Shown in pieces: positions 1-12,102 of a stretch of DNA of 64,000 bases (position 1 is its first letter; every line of letters starts with the position of its first letter). A model generated the notes under the pieces. That model was not told the origin of the DNA. It did no database searches and saw only the letters and a list, made by a program, of their open reading frames with translations. Source of the DNA: Azolla caroliniana. Lineage: Eukaryota; Plantae; Polypodiophyta. The stretch lies in assembly GCA_043228905.1 (NCBI GenBank), contig JBHGNT010000015.1:6076001-6140000 (forward strand), read 5' to 3'. The position numbers and the translations under genes were made by a program.

Positions 1-2194
1 ACTCAAGTATATTTCAAAAATAGTTCTCTATCGAATTCCTCGGCTATGTGATTTCACCCTCCGGGATCACAATGGATGCACGCAAGGTAGCGGCAATCAC
101 CGGTTGGCGTGTCCCTACTCGGTTGAAAGAGGTACAATCATTTCTTGGTTTTGCAAATTTTTATCGACGATTTATCAATGTTTTTTCATCTTTAGTACAA
201 CCTCTAATCATCCTTACAAGAAAAGATACTCTATTTCTTTGGACCTCTGCGGCACAACGTGCTTTTGATGCCCTCAAGGCAGCTTTTCTCACAACCCTAG
301 TGTTGGTTCACCCCGACCCCACAAGGCCCTTCCGAGTCGAAACCGATGCCTCCGACTTTACCATTGGAGCTATCCTATCCCAACCAGACGACGAGGGCAC
401 ACTATGTCCTGTTGGCTCTTACTCTCGGAAGTTTACCGCCCCGGAAATCAATTATCCAGTCTACGACAAGGAGTTGGCAGCAATCATATCTGCCTTCACC
501 GAATGGCGACCCTATTTGGCTGGGGCCCAACATCGCATCTAGGTGCTAACCGACCACAAAAATCTAATTTACTTCACCACCAGTCGTACATTGAAGTGGA
601 GGCAAGCCCGATGGTCATCTTTTCTCGCCGACTACGACTTTGAGATCTTGTTTCGACCTGGAGTTCAACATGTGAAAGCTGATGCCCTCTCTTGGCGACC
701 TGATTTTGCATTGCGCCTAGGAGATGATGCATATTCACAACAATCCCATTGTTTGTTGCGGCCCGATCAACTTCAGATGTTCGCCACCTACATGTTACAT
801 GATGATTCTTTGCTCAACGAGATCGCCACGGCAACCTTGTCAGACCCATTCGCCAAAGAAATCATGGGCCACATTAATGACCCATCTTCGGACATGAAAA
901 GCTCATATCTCAACCAATTTACAACCTAGGATGGGTTACTATATCGTAATCATCTCTTGTACGTTCCCGAAGGATCATGTCATACACGGGTTCTACAAAA
1001 CTGTCATGATGATCCTCTTGTCGGCCACTTTGGGGTTACGAAAACCCTGGAATATCTCGAGGGTTTTGGTGGCCCCAACCTTGGAAATTTGTCAAGGAAT
1101 TTATCAAGACATGTGATGTATGTGCTCGGTCCAAAACGCCTCATCATCGGCCATATGGTCTTCTCCACCCTCTCCCCATTCCACGTCGACCATGGGTCTC
1201 TCTATCCATGGACTTTATCACCGACCTCCCTCTGGTTGGTGGACATGACACAGTGCTAGTCATTGTCGATCGGTTTTCAAACATGGCTCACTTTGTTCCA
1301 TGTTCCAAAACCATTTCCATGGAAGAGACTGTTGATCTTTTTCATAAAAATGTTGTTCAATTATACGGCTTACCCGAGGATATCACCTCTGATCGAGGTT
1401 CTCAGTTCATTTCCCACTTTTGGCGACAACTTCTACAAACATTCGGGACTTCTGTCAACTTGTCCTCAACATAGCATCCTCAAATTGATGGACAAATGGA
1501 GCGAGTCAATCAAATCCTCGAACAATACCTTCGGTGTACCAACAGGAGGATTGGGTGAACTTCCTTGCAATGGCAGAATTTGCTTAAAATAATAGTATCC
1601 ATGCTTCGACTAAGGTTTCCCCCTTCTTTGCAAACTATGGATTTCACCCTCATTTCAGCATTTCCATACCTGCAACTTCGGTCAATCCTTCGGTAGAGAC
1701 GTGTGCCCGTGCTTTACAGGATGTCCATCGTGACCTCTCCTTGGAGGTCCATGTTGCTGGTTTACCGACATCGCTTAGTTTACCGACGTTTGCAATCGGG
1801 GACATGGTTTGGTTGTTACGTCGTCGCATCTCCACCACACGTCCTTGTGCAAAATTGGACTACAAAAGACTAAGCTCCTTTCGTATCATCGAGTGGATCA
1901 ACCCAGTCGCCTTCCGGTTAGCACTTCCTCCAACATTTAGGATTCACAATGTTTTTCACGTTTCCCTCCTCGAACTCTACCATCCTTCTCGAATTCCAAG
2001 ACGACACCCTCCTGCACCGCCACCTGTGGAATTGTCGACGGGTGAAGAATATGAGGTTGACCAAATCCTCGACTCTCGATATCGTCGTCGACAGCTCCAA
2101 TATTTGGTCTTATGGAAAGGGTACCCCATTTCGGACGTCACATGGGAACTAGTTACACATTTACAAAAATGCTCCGAAGGCCATTCGCAATTTT
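1..2194 (+). pseudogene. Decayed pol (RT-RNase H-integrase-chromodomain) of the Tcn1-like element
   Basis: ORF fragments 48-542, 543-929, 957-1259, 1208-1474 and 1741-2265 carry canonical Gypsy motifs, broken by stops and frameshifts. Confidence 0.92.
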
Positions 2195-2629
2195 TGTTAC
2201 CGGCCGGCAAAGGAGTCCAAAGTGTGAAACGAAGGAGTTATTTAAGTATTAAGGAATGGTTGTAAGTGAGCTATTAGTGTGGACGGACAGACCGGAATCG
2301 TTATGCCGTTCCGGATCCGAACCGATCCCGAACAGGTGCGGATGGCACCGTTTTGTACTGTAAACCGGAAACCTATTTAAAGGCCCGGATACAATGTAAT
2401 GGGGAGCGGATAATTAATGAAGCTTAGTGTTTTTATCTCGCTGTGTTAATTGTCGTTCTGCATTCATTGTTATATCTTACGCGTGTGATTATTAAGGACA
2501 ATCTTGCTAAGTAACCTAATTAAGTCGGATTAATCGTTGAGCCTAATCCTCTTGTCGTAACACCCCTTTGGTGAAGTGTCTTCCGTAGACACCCTGTGTT
2601 AGGCCATTGTCCGGCCCTAAGAGTTAACA
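2195..2629 (+). repeat. 5' LTR of the 9.8-kb Gypsy
   Basis: Direct repeat of 11601-12035 with TG...CA termini. Confidence 0.97.
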
Positions 2630-2636
2630 CAGTTTT

Positions 2637-2648
2637 TGGCGACCACGA
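2637..2648 (+). promoter_or_regulatory. Primer binding site, tRNA-Arg(UCG)-like (TGGCGACCACGA)
   Basis: TGG-initiated motif 7 nt after the 5' LTR. tRNA identity is from recalled tRNA-Arg 3' ends (…GTGGTCG-CCA). Confidence 0.7.
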
Positions 2649-2682
2649 TTCTTGTTTTTGCAGCGAACGACGGCATGAATGG

Positions 2683-5600
2683 ATGACTAGATCAACGCAC
2701 GACCTGGTTACAGATCCAACTCGACGCCTTGCCGAAAGGCAAAGGAGACGTGAGGCTTTCCAGCAAGTGGCACAGGAAATTAGAGCGGATCGCTCGTTTT
2801 CCAACGTAATCCAGAGAGTAGCGGAGAAGTCCCTCTAGTTACAGCAAACATCGCACCCGGACGACGGCAGCAGCCTAAGCAGCCTCCGGGAAACCGAATC
2901 CCTTCTCCAAGCGTTGGCAAGCGGAGAAGGCGAAGTAGAAGCCTTTTCAGCGTATGAATCGGATTCCGAAGGGGGATACAACGTGCACACGAACTACCAT
3001 AGCAGCAACGACACCCCGGGCGGACCGGAGGACGAAGGATCAGACACCTTACCGACACCGGAACCGGAAGTGCTAAGGTTCGAACCTCCGGAACCAGAAG
3101 CAGAGGAAGAGCAACCTCCGACACCGGAAGTCGAGGAGGAGAGGCCTCCGTCACCAAAAGAAGAGGAAAGACCACCGACGCCGGAGAAAAACCAGGAACG
3201 ACCACCAACACCACCAGCCCGCGCACTGATACCGGATGATGACATGTCGTTCCAGTACTCCAAGTATAGGGATGATCCGGACGCAGAAGCTCATGTTCAC
3301 GCCTTTGAACAGACATGGGAAGCAAACCATGTGTCCCAGCGATTGACCCCGGAGGAAGAGGAACGCTCTAAGATAGCGGAATTTGGCGTCACATTGGAGG
3401 GACCAGCAGCAAGATGGCACCGGACGCAGGACCCGTCTACCATCACCACCTTCGCAGATTTTAAAGCTAAATTCTTGCATTTTTTCCACAAGGAGGTGGA
3501 CCAGACAGTAATGGTGGGCTTGTTTTATACCATCCGACAGGAGGCAGGGGAGAGCATTCCCCAGTTTGTCATCTGGTTTCAACGGATGCATAGTCAGCTT
3601 GCCCGCGCACCCCCCGAGGAGGAATTACGGACTATATTCCTAAATGCGCTCCGGGAACCCCTACGCATGGTTTGCACGGTAATTGACTTCCGCGCAAGTA
3701 CCATCGACCAGGTCATTGACCGGGTAAGAGAGATGGAAAAGACAGGCTCCTGGCTCACACTGGGAGCACTCCAACGGGCGTTACCGTCCGATGAAGACCT
3801 CCGGTTTCGGTAAGCAATACAGTGCACAACTTGCTTGAATTCAGGACACTCGGCACTACAATGCACTATGAGGACGCAATGTGTAATCTGTCAATCCAAG
3901 GGCCATACGACGGATAGGTGCGAGTATAATCTATTGAACCGGCAAGCACCGCCCGTCCGACAAATAGAGCCATGCAGCAGCCGGGATGAAAAAGAGGAAC
4001 GCTGGCGGCGAATGGACTGCGACCGACCGGCACAGGATGTCTGGTATGACGAACGGCGGGATAACTACGACCAGTACGATAGATATGATCGGTACCGGGA
4101 TTACAATAGACGATACGAACATTACGACCGGGAGCACTCCCCCAGGTATCGTCAGCAACGGGAGGAATACGGCAGATATAACGACCAACCTCGTCAAGAG
4201 TACCGCAATAAGAAGAACTATAACAAAAAACGGCATTTCAAAAAAGGCGGCCACCCACGGGATCCGGAACAAGGAGCTTCAAGCAGTCAACCGGCCCAAA
4301 ACCCCGCGCTTACCACAGGACCTGCCCCGGGCACAACAAACAATGCCGAATCCAGCAATACCCGGAAAGTCTACTGCTACTACTGCCGACAGGAAGGCCA
4401 TTATAGTAATCAATGCTCGGCGAAGAGCTATGACAAACGACCGGAAGTAAATATGGTAGTCCCTGAAGTGGTAGATCTACAACAGGTGACCACAAGGTCG
4501 AAGGGCATGGCCAAGGAATGGGAGACGCAGGAGACCATCCGGAAGCAAGCGACGGAATGGGTGAAGAAAGCAAACGAGCAAAACATAACAGACTTAGAGC
4601 GGCAAAAGGAGAACACCGTAGGGCTTGCCGGCGGCAGTCACTCCGAGAACGAGACATGGCAGGCGTTGCAAGAATGCCAGATTATGTTGCCACTAGGAAG
4701 ACTCCTACAGCTTGTGCCGAGATTCACGAAAGGACTGAAGACAGCCATGACGGAAGGAGAATCATCACCGGCACTGGTACTCTTCTCGAATCCGGAGGAG
4801 GGACCAACGGTGGTGGACACCAACAGTCCGGTAATTACTGCCATTGTAAAAGGGAAAGAACTCCCCGACACAGTAATAGACGGAGGCTCCGGTGTGAATG
4901 TAATAAGTCTCCGGACGTGTGATGCCCTGGGAATCCACGAGTTGGAGTCGTGTCCGTTCTGGTTACGGATGGCCGATACAAGCTCAGTGCGTCCGACAGG
5001 ATTAATACGAAAATTAGAAGTCACCATTGGCGGTCATACATTTCACATCTCGGCAGTAGTGCTACAATTACAGGCACAAGGCGCATACCCGCTATTGTTG
5101 GGGCGGCCGTGGTTGAAAACGGCACATATCAAACAGAATTGGAGGAAAAATATAATTACCTTCCGGCGAGGAAAAGCCAAGGTACGTGTACCAACACAGC
5201 CAAGGACGAGCACTGGCAAGGAATGTACACCGTTGTAAGCAGAGTGCATCCACATGCTAGAAGGGTTAGCTGACGAAGAAGAAGCTCGGTACTTGCAGGA
5301 AAACCCGAAGATCGTACCCCTCTTCGAAATTGACATTGCCGAAGCAGTAGCACCATACTTACCGCAGCCGGAAGAGACTAAAGCAGAACCGGATAAGGAC
5401 GCAATCCGAGAGTTATGGCAAGCACAGGAAGCGTTGGAACGGGAAATGGCCGTTTCACAGCGCGTAAAAGCGTCGCAACTTGAAGAGGGGAACCTAGGGA
5501 CCACGGACGAAGCAAAACCGGTGCACATCGCCAAGGAGATGAAGTCCGAAGACAAAACGACGATGATCACACTTCTCACAGAATTTCGCGACATGTTTGC

Positions 5601-8469
5601 CTGGTCATACGAAGACATGCGAGGGCTCGACCCTCAGTTATACCAGCATCAAATTCACTTGAGCAAGGACGCAAAACCAGTGGCACAAAGACGGTACCGG
5701 ATGAATCCCAATTATGCCGCCAAAGTGCCGGAAATCGACAAACTGCTAAGAGTTGGCTTTATCCGTCCGGTAAAGAAAGCGACATGGTTGAGCCCGATCG
5801 TAGTCGTACCGAAGAAGAACGGAAAAATTCGAGTTTGTGTGGACTACCGGAAACTCAATGTGGCTACGGTAACGGATGCATTTCCACTTCTGTTCACAGA
5901 TGGAGTGTTGGATGTCGTCGCTGGCCATGAGGTCTATAGCTTTCTAGACAGATTCAGCGGGTATAATCAGATCCGGATGCACCCCGACGACCAAGACAAA
6001 ACGGCTTTCGTCACCGAATGGGGGGTGTTTGTGGCCGTGGTGATGATGTTCGGACTCAAAATGGCACCGACAACATTCCAACGAATCATCATGGAAATCT
6101 TTGGTGAATATATCCTGGCTTTTATGTAGGTTTTCCTTGACGATTTCGCCGTCTATAGCCGGGAAGAGGATCATTTGCAGCACCTCTGTCTTTGTCTAGA
6201 AAAGTGTAGAGCGTACCGGCTCAGCTTGAATCCGGCGAAGTGTGTATTTGGTGTGTCCAGTGGAACCCTACTAGGACATGTTGTGAGCAAGGAAGGCATT
6301 GCAGTCGACTCGGACAAAGTGAAAGCCATATTAGAAGCACCGGCGCCGGCAACGGCAAAGGCATTGAGCCGGTTCTTAGGCTAGATCCGGTGGCACAACC
6401 CGATGCTCCGATACTTGGCCGACCTGGCTACACTGTTGCATGCCGCGGTACATCGAACACCATTCCAGTTGACCGACACCGAGGATAGGGCGTATAGGGC
6501 CCTCAAGGTACTATTGTCGCAAGCACTGGTAGTGCAGCCTCCAGATTGGAGTAAAGAATTTCATGTGTTCGTGGACGCCTCCGACATCGCAATCGAAAGC
6601 GCACTGATGCAGCTTACGGAGCCAAAGTGGTACCGGCCAGTGTACTATGCCAGCCGAAAGCTATCCCAAGCGGAACGGAACTACTCTACCACGGAACGGG
6701 AAGCTCTAGGGATGATCTACAGTGTGACAAAGTTGCGGCATTATTTATTGGGAAGGAAGTTTTCCTTCCATGTAGATCATTCGGCACTCCTCTACCTGGT
6801 GTCCAAGGCGTCACTCACCGGTAAGTTGGCCCGGTGGACCTTACTGTTACAGGAATTCGAGTTCGAAATATTCCACCGACCCGGTATACAGCATGCCGTA
6901 CCGGATTATTTAAGCCAATTAGAGTCCGGAGAGAAGGGCGACGGAGTAGCGGACGAGTTTCCAGATGCAGAGTTGTTTCGAGTCACTACGGAAACGGAAG
7001 CAGATGAAACGGTGGCACAGGAAGACAAGTGGCTCACAAATATGCACCAGTTTTTGAGCACAAGACTGCCTCCGGAGGAGATGAACCGGGACAAAAGAAA
7101 ATTCCTGGCAGTGCAAAGCCGACATTTCTGCTTACTGCGAGACACACTTTACCACAAGGGCGCGAACGGCATATGGAGACGGGCTGTGCACAGCGATGAA
7201 AAGGACCTCATACTAAGGGAAGCCCACTGCGGAGTTGCCGGAGGTCACTATGCCGGAGATACGACGGCCAGGAAAATATGGCAAAGTGGCCTATGGTGGC
7301 CAACTACATTAAGAGATGTTGTACGGTACGCAAAAGAATGTGGCCTATGCCAGCAAATGGGCCAGCCAACGGAGCAAGCTCGGATGCCACACCAGCCTGT
7401 ACTACCACTCGAACCATTCCAGAAGTGGGGGCTGGACTTTGTTTGACCGTTCAAACCACCGGCAATGAGAACAGGTAATCGGTACGTCATCGTCGCGACG
7501 GATTACTGCACGAAATGGGTGGAGGCCAAAGCCTTAAGAGACAACACCGCTACGTCAACGACAAAATTTCTATACGAATACATCTAGTGCCATTACGGAT
7601 GCCCAATCGAATTAATAAGCGACCAAGGGGGGCACTTTCTCGGCCAAGTAGTTGAAAGCCTGACGACATTCTATGCCGTTGTCCATAAACGGAGCACACC
7701 GTACTATCCGCAAGCAAACGGGTTAGCTGAGTCGACGAACAAAACGCTCCAGAATATCCTCTGAAAGATCGTCAACGAAAACCGAACGGATTGGGATACC
7801 AAGCTACATAGCGCGCTTTGGGCATACCGGACAGCATACAAAACGAGCATCCGAACAACACCGTTCCGGTTATCGTTCGGACTAGAGGCGGTCATACCGG
7901 TGGAATTCCAAGTACCAAGCTTACGGATCCAGCTACGGGAACGGCTGAACGAGAAGGAGTCGGAGGCAATATGGTTAACAGCGTTGTGTGAACTCGAGGA
8001 ACAACAACTGGCAAGCATCCTGCACTTAGAATTGGAACAATGGCGATGGAAAGCATTTGTCAACCGGCACAGGAAAGGAAATGAAAAAATGTTCGAAATC
8101 GGCAAGCCGGTGTTAGTATTTCAGACCCGGATGGGCAAGATGTCGGGTAAACTACGGTTTAGATGGATCGGCCCGTATTGGCTAACACGTGAGTATAATG
8201 GGTCCTACCAGTTAGGGACACTTGCTGGCGAAGTGCTAGGCAAATGGGTCAACGGATTCAGATTGAAGCCATATAGAGGACCGATGCCCAAGAACCCATT
8301 TGAGCAAAGGACCGACACCGGATCGAGAACCGGTGCGAAAAGGGCAACCTGTGAGGGAAACGGCAACCACCAAGACGGAGGAGACGGCAAGCCGGTAACT
8401 AGGGAGAATGAGGCGACGGCAAACCGTAATGAGGCCGGTAAGGGTCCGACAGGACCAACGGACAAGTAA
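2683..8469 (+). pseudogene. gag-pol polyprotein in one reading frame with about 8 in-frame stops
   Basis: ORF pieces 2596, 2914, 3835, 5254, 6175, 6403 and 7900 share one frame. Motifs: three CCHC knuckles, protease IDGGSG, RT (VCVDYRKLN, FLDDF), RNase H (VDASD), integrase (HCG..GGHY..C..C, GLDFV, SDQGGHF). Confidence 0.93.
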
Positions 8470-8746
8470 CCTCACACTACATTTAAGTGCGGCCACAGGA
8501 CATAATGCTATTTTAGGACACGACGTGCACACACTCGAAAAAGGCGCCAGAATGCACAGAGAAAAACCACAGCGCATGGAGACCTTCTCATTTCGCGAAC
8601 CCAGGAGCACAGAAGCACCAAGGCGTTGGCAGATCACCAGACGAGAACCTACGCACAAAGAACCCCCGGTTTCTGAACACTCTCTCTCTCACTCTCACTC
8701 TCATCACCATCCAACCTCGCCACCACAATCCGACCTCGACACAGAC

Positions 8747-11546
8747 ATGGACCTGCAAACGCTGTCGGAAGCCGCCAAGAAATGGCTAAAGCAACACGGG
8801 CTCGAGGGCTTCTTGACGATTATGGAGGCACCGCCACACAAAGAAGCCGACAAGGTGATCAAAGAAATCGACACAGAGGTCATAACGGAGGAGGCGATCC
8901 GTGCGTTAACAGGCCTTCCGGAGGGAGGCATATTCACGATCGACAATCCGACCTCGGAGCAACTCATCAAGTATTTTGGTGAGTACTCCCTAGCCAGCAA
9001 GGGCTACCAGACACAGGGTGGCGGAGATATGTTGTTCCGCGAGATTGCCCGTGTGCTCCACGAATACGGCCATGTGTACCCTAGACCCCCTATCATGCCG
9101 CAGAACCGGGCAGGGATGATCATCGCCACCTATGAAGGGATCAAGGTGGATTGGCCGGTATTGATCGCAGACGGTTTGTGTGCGGCGATCGAGATCGTCA
9201 GAGGAAAAGACGGCAAAGAAGGCCGAGACGGACGGAAGATATGGCACGCAGTAACGTAGTGGCTCACCTTGCTTGTGCCACCCGTCCAGCCCTTCCAGCC
9301 CAAGAAGCGGGGAAGAGTGGCGGACGGCACCCCAAAGACTGCTTCCAAAAGACAACAGTTGCTGGCCTGTAAGGCCACTAAGGGGAAGGCGGCGGACGCA
9401 GAACAGGCGGGAAAGGAGAGCGCAAGTCGGAAGCGGCCAACGGATGCGCAGGAGGAACCACCGGTACGGCCCGTAAAGATTACACTCCGCCGACCGGTGA
9501 ATAGAGAAGCGGACCCCTTGGCGGCGAAACTCAATGCCGGGACTCAGAGGAAATAGAGGAGGAGCCTACAGAGCACCTCCAGCAACGGTCGTCGGCAAGG
9601 ACCGTTGAGGCAGCCGGGAAACGTTCGGACCCTCATACGAAGGGAACACCGGCTCCCCATACTCTGAGACTCCCACGCCAAGGGAGGAACCGGAACCGGT
9701 GCGCATGGCACCGGAATCAGAAGCCCCTGCACCACCGACAGCACCAGCAAGTCCCGTTCCGCTAGAGCCGGAAAGGTCAATGCAGTCTTCCTCGGCCAAT
9801 GAAGAAGAAGCGCAAGGGGAACCAGGACAGCAGGGTGGTCCACGGGCAGAAACGGAATTGCAACTCGGCGCAATCAGGCGGGACCACCCACCCACAAGCA
9901 AGCCAATCCATCAAACCTCCGTGCAAGCGCAACAACAATGCACCGGTAGCCTGTGGCTCCGGTGGATAGGCGAACAGATTGCCGGAGTAGTGGGGTATAT
10001 TGAGGCGGAAGAAAGAGCGCAAAGCGAACGGGTGCTCGTCACAACCGAACAACTAGAGACGTCCTGGTCTAGAATCCGATGCCTTGAAAAAGACTTGGAT
10101 CAGGTCACGGCAGAAATGGCCAAAATGGCCTTAACGGCAACACAGATCCAAGCACCGGTGACTCCAGTAAGTGTACAGAATAAAGAAACAGACCAACTTG
10201 TACATACTAATAAGACCCCGGCAACAGAAACCGTTCGAGAGAGAGATGCGGCGCAAGCCCAGGAGCTTGTGGAATTGAGAGATGAACTTGCCGCACAAGA
10301 AGTGCTAAGGAGCCGTGAACGGGAATTGAAGACAGCGGCCGAAGCAGAATTAAAGAAGACTACTAAGAACCTCTGCCGGGCAGAGGAGAGCCTCCGGAAA
10401 GACCATCAAGCTTACGACCGGCTAAGGGAGGAAAAAGACATAGTGCTGCAGGAAAAGGACAAGACCAACTTAAGATGGCGGAAACGGAAATTGAACGGCT
10501 AAAGGAGGAGCTCCGCCAGTAGAAGGACCGCGAGGACCGGACCCGTCGACAGATCAACGTACGGCTCAAGCAAAAGACAGATGATTTTGAGCACCTACAC
10601 CGGGACTACAAACGGCTGGAAACGGAGCATAATGAACGGATGGCCGAGCTCCGGCAGGAAGTTGATCGAGCCGCGACGGCGCTCGCCGACAAACGAGCGC
10701 AAAATACAAGACGGTTGGACGAGGCGGAGAAGGTCCGAATGGAGCTCCAGAGGAAGCAGCAGGAAGAAAGGGAGAGAGCGTCAACGGTATTGCAAAAATT
10801 ACAAAGCACATATAAAGGGCAATTGACGCATTACAAGGAGCATGCGGACAACAACGTCAAAATCATCAAGCAATTGAAGGAGGAACGGCAAGCTGCGGAG
10901 CTCAAATCACAGATGGGAACGGGCCGGATTTAGTGCATCCTCCAGGCATGGTTGAATCAGACAAAACGCTTGATTGACGAAAGCTCCGTAAGATGGTGAA
11001 CAAAGTGGGCACAAAATACGGCGGAACTCCAATTGCTACGGGCAGACGTGGAAAACCGGCGGAAGGAAGAAGATGATTGTTACACGTTGACTTCCGAGGA
11101 CTTCACCGCCATACGGGACGAGCTGGCCCAAGACTTCCAAGTCCTGGCGGATGAACAGCTGGTGCAGGTCCGGCAACTCGTAGCTCAGCTAGATGATGAT
11201 AGGTTGGACGCTCAAATCCAGTTTGAGAGCTACGAAAGGTCCCGGGTTCGGGAAGAAAAAGCACGGGAAACAGCAACGGTTAACCTTAGTGATGAGGAAC
11301 CGTCGCCGGACGAGGGCCAGGCCAGAACCAGTCAACCGGAGACCGCTACGACGGAGGGAGCAACGACGGTAACGCCGGTGTCAGAGCAACAAACGGAGGA
11401 GCAGCCGCAACGGCCACCAACGGACCAATCGTAGCAGCCATCAACGGAGCAGCAACAACAACCACAACAACAACAACAACCAATTCCAGATGAACCATTG
11501 GAGACTCTCGAACAAAGCATTCTGGATATTTTGGACGAAGAATAGC
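8747..11546 (+). pseudogene. Extra 3' ORF (eORF): N-terminal PMD/plant-transposon-protein-like domain, low-complexity linker, long coiled coil, acidic tail; disrupted
   Basis: ORF fragments 8408-9259, 9269-9556, 9699-10502, 10640-10933 and 11033-11434. Motif ITEEAIRALTGLPEGG..GIKVDWPVLIADGL; E/K/R/Q heptad-rich region; ends ILDILDEE*. Confidence 0.7.
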
Positions 11547-11600
11547 AAGGGTTGGATGGTGGATTCGACATACAAGGTACTGTCCCACGGGCGTGCCATG

Positions 11601-12035
11601 TGTTACCAGCCGGCAAAGGAGTCCAAAGTGTGAAACGAAGGAGTTATTTAATTATTAAGGAATGGTTGTAAGTGAGCTATTAGTGTGGACGGACGGACCG
11701 GAATCGGTATGCCATTCCGGATCCGGACCGATCCCGAACAGGTGCGGATGGCACCGTTTTGTACTGTAAACCGGAAACCTATTTAAAGGCCCGGATACAA
11801 TGTAATGGGGAGCGGATAATTAATGAAGCTTAGTGTTTTTATCTCTCTGTGTTAATTGTCGTTCTGCATTCATTGTTATATCTTACGCGTGTGATTATTA
11901 AGGACGATCTTGCTAAGTAACCTAATTAAGTCGGATTAATCGTTGAGCCTAATCCTCTTGTCGTAACACCCCTTTGGTGAAGTGTCTTCCGTAGACACCC
12001 TGTGTTAGGCCATTGTCCGGCCCTAAGAGTTAACA
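11601..12035 (+). repeat. 3' LTR of the 9.8-kb Gypsy
   Basis: Direct repeat of 2195-2629, followed by TSD ATTTT. Confidence 0.97.
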
Positions 12036-12102
12036 ATTTTCATCAACGATACCCACATAAGCCAGCCGCGAGTCCCGAGAGGCGGCCTTCAAGGGAGGAT
12101 AA

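Larger units (their letters stand above)
2195..12035 (+). mobile_element. Full-length non-chromovirus Ty3/Gypsy LTR retrotransposon (Athila/Tat/Selgy-related) with extra 3' ORF
   Basis: 435-bp LTRs 2195-2629 and 11601-12035 (TGTTAC..TAACA, about 8 mismatches). 5-bp TSD ATTTT at 2190-2194 and 12036-12040. PBS at 2637. gag-PR-RT-RH-INT order. Confidence 0.97.

Noticed and set aside
3811-3813. Programmed stop-codon readthrough between gag and pol
   Set aside because: The relative at about 50220 has Q at this position (RFWQAIQC), so this is a CAA>TAA mutation.
8747-11546. env gene
   Set aside because: No signal peptide or transmembrane segment is apparent.
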